DNA of 64,000 nt, taken from assembly GCA_034101145.1 (NCBI GenBank), contig JAXEKG010000002.1:81981-145980 (forward strand). Direction: 5' to 3'. Below the pieces are notes generated by a model. The model worked only from the letters and a program-made list of their open reading frames with translations. It did no database searches and was not told the DNA's origin. The DNA comes from Eubacteriales bacterium (GTDB lineage: Bacteria > Bacillota > Clostridia > Oscillospirales > CAG-272). Below, piece after piece: positions 35,906 to 43,881 of the stretch (within the stretch, counting starts at the first letter, position 1; each line of letters opens with the position of its first letter). The position numbers and the translations under genes are program-made.

Positions 35906-35934
35906 ATTATACTTTTTATATGTTGATTTGTCAA
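35906..35934 (-). promoter_or_regulatory. consensus sigma-A promoter for the SAT-like gene and cysS
   Basis: The minus strand reads TTGACA (35929-35934), a 17-nt spacer, then TATAAT (35906-35911). The leader is only about 40 nt. Confidence 0.75.
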
Positions 35935-35950
35935 GTGATGTTACCGTATT

Positions 35951-36304
35951 TCATTTTCTTTTTGAGAAAAGTGTATAAACTCCGCATATGACGAGAAAAA
36001 TTCCAAAGGCCTTGCCCAGCAATTCGGAGTTGATATTCGGAAGAAGAAAGCCACCGAGTATAGCGCCGAGTGCTCCGGGAATACTCATGAGCAAAATTGT
36101 CGAAAGATGCACCCTGCGTTTTCTTATATGCACAATACAGGAGGATGCAAGAGCAAAGATGAAAAACCATAGATTTATCCCCTGAGCCGTCTGCTCTGCC
36201 ACACCTCGGACAAGTACAAGATATATTATGAGAAATCCACCGCTGCCAAGCCCGAGGCCCGCCAGAATCGCTATTATCGTCGCAAGTATTATATCTATAA
36301 TCAT
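35951..36304 (-). CDS. half-size TSUP (TauE/SafE) family membrane protein, second of a pair
   Basis: A 117-aa protein with about four TM segments and the G-rich motif AGLGLGSGGFLIIY. ATG 36304 has AAGGGG 7 nt upstream. Confidence 0.65.
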   Translation of the reverse strand: MIIDIILATIIAILAGLGLGSGGFLIIYLVLVRGVAEQTAQGINLWFFIFALASSCIVHIRKRRVHLSTILLMSIPGALGAILGGFLLPNINSELLGKAFGIFLVICGVYTLFSKRK

Positions 36305-36390
36305 ATGCACACCCCTTATGCGTTAAAGCGCTGTTCCGTATATTTTCGTGCCTCTTTGAAAATCGGTTTTATTTACGGAATTTCAGTTTG

Positions 36391-36762
36391 CTACCGCATT
36401 ATCATTCTCACGCCCGAATAAAGCAAAAGCAGGGCCAGGATAATATTGAGATATTTGGCTCTTATCTTATCAAGCAGAAATGCTCCTATAATACCGCCCA
36501 CCGCTCCGCATACGGCATAGTACCATGAATCAGAGAGTGAGAAAATGCCGTACCGTGCGTACATAACGGCAGATACTGCGGAAAGTATAAGAACGGCAAA
36601 TGATACGGATGCAAAAACCTCTTTTTGAGCATTTCTGTATAGCAGATTGAGTATCAGTATGAATATCATTCCCGCGCCCGTCCCGAATAGTGCATTAACA
36701 GTTCCCGCAACGAACGACGCCGCAATAATCGCTACGCTTTTCATGAGCTTACTCTTTATCAT
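36391..36762 (-). CDS. half-size TSUP (TauE/SafE) family membrane protein, first of a pair
   Basis: A 123-aa protein with about four TM segments. It carries the motifs FGTGAGMIFILIL and GAVGGIIGAFLLDK. GGAGG lies upstream. Confidence 0.65.
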   Translation of the reverse strand: MIKSKLMKSVAIIAASFVAGTVNALFGTGAGMIFILILNLLYRNAQKEVFASVSFAVLILSAVSAVMYARYGIFSLSDSWYYAVCGAVGGIIGAFLLDKIRAKYLNIILALLLLYSGVRMIMR

Positions 36763-37015
36763 TAAAGCTTATCCGCCTCCGTCCATTCCGTATTCAGAAT
36801 ACGGTTTTCTTTTTATCGTTTTATATGCGCGAAATTTTATTTTTATAAAATACTTGTAAAAATTCAAAAAATTTGGTATCATAATTAGTATGAATATTTT
36901 TGTTAATTTTATCCCGCAGCTTTGCGATGATATTTTCATAAATCGAAACAGTATACGGTAAAAGGGCAAATCGTACAGGCGATTGTCCCTCTAAATACCG
37001 CAGGAAAGGCGAAAA

Positions 37016-40000
37016 ATGCAGAAAAACAAACAAGCTGAAAAATCAAAGAAAAAAGATTCCGAACAGAATAAAAATCGGGGCGTTCGTAACAGTATACCGG
37101 ATGACGTGCGAGAGAGCGCAATTGATGCGGTAGCAAAAGAAAGACGTCAGGGTGCGGGGCTTCGCGTTCTCAATCAAATGACGCCTATTATCTTCGGAAC
37201 TCTTGCCGTATTCATAATATTCTGTTTATTCTTCCCCGATTCGGCCGGCAGACTTGGGAACGGACTATACAATCTTCTTCGGGGAACGTTGGCTCTGGGA
37301 GCTTATTTCATCCCGGTTTTTCTCATCATCGGTGCAATATGCTGGAAAAACGATGCGAGGAGTGGCAAAAGAATCATTAGACTGATTTTTTCGGTTTTAA
37401 CCGTACTCGTTATCTCTACTCTTTATTATATGGTAACCGTCAGCGCGTCCGAAAGAATTTTTGACTCATCGGCTTTCTATTCACTCGGATGCAACATGAT
37501 AGGAGGCGGTTTGTTCGGAAGCTGTATCGGATACGGTCTGTGGAAAGGTATAGGAACTTTCGGCACCTGGATAATCTCGCTATTGATAGTATTTTTATAT
37601 TGCGTGATATTCTTTGGTCTTAACGTGAAGAAAATTTTTCTTTCCATGACGGAAAAAATAAAGGACAAGGCTCAAGATTACTCCAAGAAAAGAAAAGAGG
37701 CAATTATTGAGAACACCAAGAACACCTCCGTAAAAATGAGTGTGCCGACAAACACCCTCACCGTAAGATACGGCAAAGAGTATACGGACGAACCGGAACA
37801 GTATCCCCTGTCCGCAACCGAAGAAGAGCGCAGACGCAAGAAAATAATGCTCGGCTATGCCGCAGATCCCTCCTCTGTGGCAGTAAGAAATGCCGATATT
37901 CAGAGTAACCCGAAAAAGCGGTTGTTCGATCTCGACGACGACTCCCTGCTCGAGGACAATCTCATTGAGAGACGCGACAGCCGAACGTTGAAAACAGAAG
38001 CTCCGAGAATAAGATTCGGAAGTATGGGAATAGATATTGACGACGACGATACCGCTCCGGCGATACAGGATGACGATTTTGATTTAAGCGAGATAGACGA
38101 AATTCTCTCCCCGATGAAAATTCCCGAGAGGAAAAAATCGCAGAATGAGAAGGACTATACAATAGAAAACGCTTCCCCCGCCGCCGACATTCAGAGCATA
38201 GAGGATTTTGAAAATATAACCGAGTATTCGATGGGAGCTAACGCCGAATCGGCTGATGCGAAAATTACTGATTCGAGCGTATACGACGAAAACGTTCAAA
38301 GAGACGTTCAACCGGCGTTTTCGGGTGAAATACGCAGACGCGAATTGCCCAATATATTCAACGACGAAGATGACAGTGAGGACGGCAATCAGTATAAAAC
38401 GTCGGCAAATCAGCTCGATGTTACCGAAAACGATGATTTCACAAACGTAAGCAAAATAAAAACAGATACCGTTACGGAACGCTACCGTGAAACCGCAGAA
38501 AAATACAAAAGTCATGACTATGAGTCGGAAAAAGCAAAATACGACTATTCCGAAGAAGACGAAAACGAGGATAACTCCGATGTTTTTGACGATGAAGACG
38601 AGTATTCCGGACTTGAATCAGACGAAATTATTTATAATGCGAATTCCAAAAACACAGCTGACTTCAGTCGACCGTCATTCGAAGAAACAGCAACGGAAAA
38701 AACAAGTTTTTCAGGTAGAAAAGAATTTTCGAATACGTCTGATTTTGACCGCATAACGCAATCAGGCCAGAACGACCTAAGCAGCGATATTGCCGTAAAA
38801 AAAACACGCCCGTACGAAGAAAAGGAGCCGCAAAAGCCGAAATACGTAATGCCTCCCCTCTCGCTTCTTAAAGGAAGTCCGCCGACGATAAACGACAATT
38901 CCAATCAGGTTCTGTACGATCAAGCTGAAGTACTTGAACAGACGTTTGAAAACCTGCGTCTGCCCGCGAAAGTCGTAAACATTACCAAGGGGCCGCGTAT
39001 CACGAGATACGAACTCACTACCGACCAGAAAATCGACGTAAAGAAATATGCGAGAGCGATAAGCAATATCTCAATGAACCTCGCCTGCAACGGTATAAGA
39101 ATAGAAACACCGATACCGGGCAAAAGTACGGTCGGAGTGGAGGTGCCTAACAAAACCGCGTCTCTGGTATACCTGCGTGACATGCTCGACACCGATAAAT
39201 TCAAGGAGTCAAAATCCACAACAACGATATGCATAGGAGCGGACGTTACGGGACAACCCGTGTACGGTGATATTGCCAAAATGCCCCATATGCTCATAGC
39301 CGGTGCAACGGGTATGGGTAAATCCGTGTGCATCAATATTATAATCAACAGTATTCTTTACAAGGCAACCCCCGACGAGGTCAAACTCATTCTGATTGAC
39401 CCGAAAAAGGTTGAATTCAACGTATACAGGGGAATACCTCATCTGCTCGTACCCGTCGTTACAGACATGAAAAAAGCCGCAGGCGCACTGCTCTGGGCGG
39501 TTAACGAAATGGAAAGAAGATACGACCTTATAGAGCAGGCGGGCGTACGTAATATTGACGGATACAATGAGTATGCAAAAAAGCACGCGGGCTTTGAGGT
39601 GCTCTCAAAACTGGTTATAATAATAGACGAGCTCAACGACCTGATGATGATGGCTCGTGATACGGTCGAGAGTTCCATCATGCGCATAACGCAGAAGGCA
39701 AGAGCCGCAGGAATACACTTAATCATAGGAACGCAAAGACCGTCGGTAAACGTCATAACGGGTGTTATCAAGGCAAATATACCGTCAAGAATTGCATTCA
39801 AGGTAACGAGTAATATCGACTCCAGAACGATATTCGAGTCTCCCGAAATAGGTGCCGAAAAACTGCTCGACAAAGGCGATATGCTCTACTTCCCCGTGGG
39901 ATTCACCTCGCCTATGCGTGTTCAGGGCGCGTTTATGAGAGACGATGAAGTCGATGCGGTAGTCAACTTCATCCGAGAGAATACGGCAGGTCCCTCCTAC

Positions 40001-40348
40001 GACAACGATATATGGAATGATATCGAGCGCGAATCAAAGAAATGTGAGCAAGCAAACAAGAAAGGCTCAGACGATGATTCCGCAGGAGCGTCAAAGAAAG
40101 ACCTCGACTCTCTTCTGGGGAACGACGAATTCCGCCGCGCTGTCAAATTTGCCGTTGATTACGGAGAAATATCCGCCTCTCGAATACAGACGGAGCTCGG
40201 CATAGGGTTCCAGAAGGCATCACGCTTTATAACCTACATGCAGAACTTCGGAATAGTAAGCGAACCCAACGGTCAGAAACCGAGAAAAGTTCTCATCGAT
40301 GCAAACCAGTATATAGAAATGTTAAATAATATTGAGGAGGCTGAATAA
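37016..40348 (+). CDS. ftsK: DNA translocase FtsK/SpoIIIE
   Basis: The order is an N-terminal TM domain, a ~390-aa acidic linker, a motor domain (Walker A AGATGMGKSVCIN, Walker B IIIDELNDLMM), and a gamma wHTH (ISASRIQTELGIGFQKASRFITYMQ). Confidence 0.92.
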   Translation: MQKNKQAEKSKKKDSEQNKNRGVRNSIPDDVRESAIDAVAKERRQGAGLRVLNQMTPIIFGTLAVFIIFCLFFPDSAGRLGNGLYNLLRGTLALGAYFIPVFLIIGAICWKNDARSGKRIIRLIFSVLTVLVISTLYYMVTVSASERIFDSSAFYSLGCNMIGGGLFGSCIGYGLWKGIGTFGTWIISLLIVFLYCVIFFGLNVKKIFLSMTEKIKDKAQDYSKKRKEAIIENTKNTSVKMSVPTNTLTVRYGKEYTDEPEQYPLSATEEERRRKKIMLGYAADPSSVAVRNADIQSNPKKRLFDLDDDSLLEDNLIERRDSRTLKTEAPRIRFGSMGIDIDDDDTAPAIQDDDFDLSEIDEILSPMKIPERKKSQNEKDYTIENASPAADIQSIEDFENITEYSMGANAESADAKITDSSVYDENVQRDVQPAFSGEIRRRELPNIFNDEDDSEDGNQYKTSANQLDVTENDDFTNVSKIKTDTVTERYRETAEKYKSHDYESEKAKYDYSEEDENEDNSDVFDDEDEYSGLESDEIIYNANSKNTADFSRPSFEETATEKTSFSGRKEFSNTSDFDRITQSGQNDLSSDIAVKKTRPYEEKEPQKPKYVMPPLSLLKGSPPTINDNSNQVLYDQAEVLEQTFENLRLPAKVVNITKGPRITRYELTTDQKIDVKKYARAISNISMNLACNGIRIETPIPGKSTVGVEVPNKTASLVYLRDMLDTDKFKESKSTTTICIGADVTGQPVYGDIAKMPHMLIAGATGMGKSVCINIIINSILYKATPDEVKLILIDPKKVEFNVYRGIPHLLVPVVTDMKKAAGALLWAVNEMERRYDLIEQAGVRNIDGYNEYAKKHAGFEVLSKLVIIIDELNDLMMMARDTVESSIMRITQKARAAGIHLIIGTQRPSVNVITGVIKANIPSRIAFKVTSNIDSRTIFESPEIGAEKLLDKGDMLYFPVGFTSPMRVQGAFMRDDEVDAVVNFIRENTAGPSYDNDIWNDIERESKKCEQANKKGSDDDSAGASKKDLDSLLGNDEFRRAVKFAVDYGEISASRIQTELGIGFQKASRFITYMQNFGIVSEPNGQKPRKVLIDANQYIEMLNNIEEAE

Positions 40349-40353
40349 CCGAT

Positions 40354-40908
40354 ATGTCATGCGAAACAAAAATCACTCGCAAAACAGTATACGTAATACT
40401 TGCGCAGGGCTTTGAAGAAATTGAGGCTCTCACTACTCCTGACATTTTAAGGAGAAACAATATCAAGGTCTGTACGGCAGCCCTGAATTGCAAAGACGGA
40501 CTCACGGTAACGGGCTCGCATAAAATCCCCGTAATAGCCGATATGAAAGCCGAAGATATAGGAGACGATATTGATATTCTTGTTTTTCCGGGAGGAATGC
40601 CCGGTACGACAAATATTGATGAGTCTCCCATGACGGATTACCTCATTGAGAAAGCGCATAAGTGTCACGCTCATATAGCTGCAATATGTGCCGCCCCGTC
40701 CGTTCTCGGCAAAAGAGGCCTCCTTCGCGGGAAAGAAGCGATTTGCTACCCGGGATATGAAAAATATCTTACGGATGCAAAAATATCGAAAAAAAGAGTA
40801 GTAACCGACGGTGATATCACTACGGCAATAGGAATGGATGCGTCCCTCGAATTTGCGAATGAAATTCTCCGTATAGCGAAAGAACGCAGAGAAAAATCAG
40901 ACAAATGA
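40354..40908 (+). CDS. DJ-1/PfpI family protein
   Basis: The nucleophile-elbow motif AAICAAPSVL and LVFPGGMPG are present. It starts 5 nt after the ftsK stop. Confidence 0.85.
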   Translation: MSCETKITRKTVYVILAQGFEEIEALTTPDILRRNNIKVCTAALNCKDGLTVTGSHKIPVIADMKAEDIGDDIDILVFPGGMPGTTNIDESPMTDYLIEKAHKCHAHIAAICAAPSVLGKRGLLRGKEAICYPGYEKYLTDAKISKKRVVTDGDITTAIGMDASLEFANEILRIAKERREKSDK

Positions 40909-41726
40909 GCATTACTGCAAATACACAATACCCTAAAATATCGCAGATTACTTCAAGAAATTCAAAAGAGGAAATACGAATCGGAAAAATCACAGATGAT
41001 AATATATCGCTGTGGCACGAGGTATTCGGAGACGATATAAATACCGTTCGAGATATTGTAGGGGGACTTCAAAACAGCGCAAAATGCTTTTCCGTTTTGT
41101 CGGAAAACACCCTTGCCGCACAGGCAATAACGGTGCCGTTAAGACTGTCGGGACTTTACGGCTTATATGTTTATGCCGTAGCTACAAAAAGTGAATTCCG
41201 TATGCGCGGATATATGCGCAAGCTTCTTGAAGAAATCCGCGATTATGCAAATCAACTCAATATTGATTTTCTTATGATAATACCGGCTAACGATGCTCTG
41301 AAAGAAAGTTACGAGAAACTCGGTTACGTCTGCCGTGTACCTCTGTATTCAGGGGCAAATCCGCAGAGCCGTGAAGATATTTGCGCATCTTTTGATTGCG
41401 ATATATCCGATATATCGAATAATTCAAAAAATCACTCGGTATGCGAGGAGGCAACTTATAAAGAAGCATACGAGAGCTTCGGCAGACAATATGATTTTGA
41501 CACATTTGTCTCGGTTATTAAAACATATGATAACGTAAAGATGATAAAGACGGATATCGGCTGTTTCCTTGTTTTTGAGGAGGACAACAGATATATTCTC
41601 GCCGCGCCGAAAAATACCGAAAAATATATTAAATGCGATTTGCGTAAGGACTGTACCGCATCCGTTATGAAGCTATCCGATTTTAACATAGATTTTCTAT
41701 ATTATCCCGAGCCTCTTCCGAGATGA
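40905..41726 (+). CDS. GNAT-family N-acetyltransferase with extended C-terminal domain
   Basis: The acetyl-CoA motif region reads VYAVATKSEFRMRGYMRKLLEEI. It overlaps the DJ-1 gene as ATGA. Confidence 0.6.
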   Translation: MSITANTQYPKISQITSRNSKEEIRIGKITDDNISLWHEVFGDDINTVRDIVGGLQNSAKCFSVLSENTLAAQAITVPLRLSGLYGLYVYAVATKSEFRMRGYMRKLLEEIRDYANQLNIDFLMIIPANDALKESYEKLGYVCRVPLYSGANPQSREDICASFDCDISDISNNSKNHSVCEEATYKEAYESFGRQYDFDTFVSVIKTYDNVKMIKTDIGCFLVFEEDNRYILAAPKNTEKYIKCDLRKDCTASVMKLSDFNIDFLYYPEPLPR

Positions 41727-41754
41727 TCGGACGAACAATCAAAAACGCAGGAAA

Positions 41755-42438
41755 GTGAAAAATATAGGTATGATACTCAAACAAAAAAACACCAATATCG
41801 CATACAGATGCCCCTCATGCACTGCCGTCGCAACGGGCTTTGTCGGTTCATTCTCCCTTATGTCGGATATGCTGAAACTAAAATGTCCCTGCCACGACAG
41901 CGAGATGACCATGACGTATACTTCGGGCAAAGAAAAAGAGAAAAAAATCCGACTCTCAGTTCCCTGTCTGTTCTGCGGAAAGAATCATAACTACGTGGTA
42001 TCGCAGAACGTCTTTTTTAATTCCGAGTTATTCCTGCTTAACTGCCCGTATACGAACATGGATATTGCTTTTGTCGGAACAAACGACAAGATAAGCGAGG
42101 AAATTAAACGCTCGGACAAGGAACTCAAGCTATTGTTCGACGAGGCGGGAATCGAATCACCCGAAGAACTGAAAACACGCACAAAAAAAGACGGCGCCGA
42201 TGATAATCTCCCCGACGCCGAAGTATATGATATTGTACGTTATCTTGTTTCCGAGCTTAAAGAGGACGGTGCCATTGACTGTCCATGCCACAGCGGAAGC
42301 TACGATTTTGAATTTACCGGCGAGGGCATACGTGTTTTTTGTCCCGAATGCGGGGCCGACTATATTTTCTGCGCAACCAGCGTTGCCTCCGCCGAAGAAT
42401 TTTTGTCATGTGACAGACTCGAATTAAAGAATCATTAA
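41755..42438 (+). CDS. hypothetical Cys-rich protein with two CPCH/CxxC zinc-ribbon-like modules
   Basis: The N-terminal module is CPSC...CPCH...CLFCG and the C-terminal module is CPCH...CPECG. I recognise no family. The start is GTG 41755 or ATG 41770. Confidence 0.5.
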   Translation: MKNIGMILKQKNTNIAYRCPSCTAVATGFVGSFSLMSDMLKLKCPCHDSEMTMTYTSGKEKEKKIRLSVPCLFCGKNHNYVVSQNVFFNSELFLLNCPYTNMDIAFVGTNDKISEEIKRSDKELKLLFDEAGIESPEELKTRTKKDGADDNLPDAEVYDIVRYLVSELKEDGAIDCPCHSGSYDFEFTGEGIRVFCPECGADYIFCATSVASAEEFLSCDRLELKNH

Positions 42439-42998
42439 AAACCGTAATACAGATTAAGACCTTCGTATATTCCCCGCGCAAACAGGTCGGGGCGATTAAC
42501 CATAAGCTCTGCGTCGGAACGGTTTGTGATAAAACCAAGCTCGACTATCACTGCGGGCATTTTCGTCCTTCTGAGCACATAGAGTCCGGGGCGGATTTTC
42601 ACCCCTCGGTTACGAAGTCCGGTTTGCTTATTGAGCGATATCAGTATATCTTCGCCTATCTTATATGCAGGGCTCTGCTCGGAATACACGAGAGCCTCGC
42701 TGCCATTTGCGCTTTCTGCCGAAGACGCATTGGTGTGGATACTGATGAAAACGTCCGCCCCCCACGTATTGGCATCGGAAACCCTCAGCTCAAGGCTGCT
42801 TGAATTACTCGTTCCGATACTTGACTGCGGAGTAGGTCTTGACAGTTTCGCCGTATAATTCGGGTCCCGAATCAGAAGATTATACAGCTCTACCCCGACT
42901 GCATAGGTTATATCCTGTTCGCGGTAGCCGTTGCCCTCCGCACCGGAATTCGGACTCTCGGGATTATGCCCCTGGTCGACATACACTTTTATTGCCAT
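42435..42998 (-). CDS. N-acetylmuramoyl-L-alanine amidase (Amidase_3), no signal peptide
   Basis: The sequence MAIKVYVDQGHN...FISIHTNA...MPAVIVELGFITN is Amidase_3. ATG 42998 has GAGGGG 8 nt upstream. Confidence 0.85.
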   Translation of the reverse strand: MAIKVYVDQGHNPESPNSGAEGNGYREQDITYAVGVELYNLLIRDPNYTAKLSRPTPQSSIGTSNSSSLELRVSDANTWGADVFISIHTNASSAESANGSEALVYSEQSPAYKIGEDILISLNKQTGLRNRGVKIRPGLYVLRRTKMPAVIVELGFITNRSDAELMVNRPDLFARGIYEGLNLYYGF

Positions 42999-43125
42999 AC
43001 AAATACCCCTCAAACTTTATTGTGTGATTATGTATGTTAAGGCAAAGCCTGCATCTGCGTATCACAATTGCATTGCACGTTAAAACGCATACACTATATA
43101 ATATGAAAAACAGCGAAAGAATGTT

Positions 43126-43881
43126 ATGAAGGAATTACAAAGAATACTCAGCTTTACGAGACGCGCCGTCGATGATTATAAAATGATAGAAGACGGTGAT
43201 AAAATCGCCGTAGGAATTTCAGGTGGGAAAGACTCTATGACTCTGCTCACCGCACTGGCGGAATTACGTCGCTTTTATCCGAAAAAATTCGAGGTATGCG
43301 GAATAACCGTTGACATGGGTTTTCCCGACTCGGACTTCTCCTCGGTTGAAGAATACTGCCGTCGGTTGGATGTAGAATATAAATCAGTGAAAACGGATAT
43401 TGCAAAGATAATTTTCGATATACGTAAGGAATCGAACCCGTGTTCGCTTTGCGCAAAGATGAGGCGTGGCGTACTCCATTCCACGGCAAAGGAAATGGGC
43501 TGCAACAAAGTGGCTCTCGGTCATCATTTCGATGATGTTGTAGATACTTTTATGCTCAACCTGTTCTTCGAGGGCAGACTCGGTTGCTTCTCTCCCGTGA
43601 CATATCTGTCTCGCTCAGACATTTATCTTATACGACCTCTCATTTATGCGCAGGAGAAAAGTATCGTATACTTCAAAAACCATACTCCCGACATGCCGAT
43701 AATCGAGAGCTGTTGTCCGGAAAATCACAATACCGAGAGGGAGAACATGCAGATACTTCTCTCAAAGCTTGAAAGGCAAAACAAAGGACTCCGATACCGT
43801 ATATTCGGTGCTATATGCAGAAATAACATCGACGGATTCCGTATCTTTTCCGGTAAAATAGATAATGCCGACGACGAATAA
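43126..43881 (+). CDS. PP-loop ATPase, TtcA-like tRNA thiolation family
   Basis: The PP-loop GISGGKDS and the motif CSLCAKMRRG are present. Confidence 0.75.
   Translation: MKELQRILSFTRRAVDDYKMIEDGDKIAVGISGGKDSMTLLTALAELRRFYPKKFEVCGITVDMGFPDSDFSSVEEYCRRLDVEYKSVKTDIAKIIFDIRKESNPCSLCAKMRRGVLHSTAKEMGCNKVALGHHFDDVVDTFMLNLFFEGRLGCFSPVTYLSRSDIYLIRPLIYAQEKSIVYFKNHTPDMPIIESCCPENHNTERENMQILLSKLERQNKGLRYRIFGAICRNNIDGFRIFSGKIDNADDE

Noticed and set aside
35858-35950. I looked for a T-box or other riboswitch leader upstream of the SAT-like/cysS unit, and likewise upstream of alaA, gdhA, the ABC operon and thiN.
   Set aside because: The leaders are only about 40-100 nt. I saw no specifier hairpin or T-box sequence and no TPP, SAM or purine riboswitch cores.
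36788-36815. A canonical-looking plus-strand terminator (CCGTATT-cag-AATACGG followed by TTTTCTTTTT) with no plus-strand gene upstream.
   Set aside because: It lies in the 5' UTR of the minus-strand TSUP gene and upstream of the ftsK promoter. It is most simply a UTR hairpin or an insulator against antisense read-through, and there is no evidence for a separate gene.
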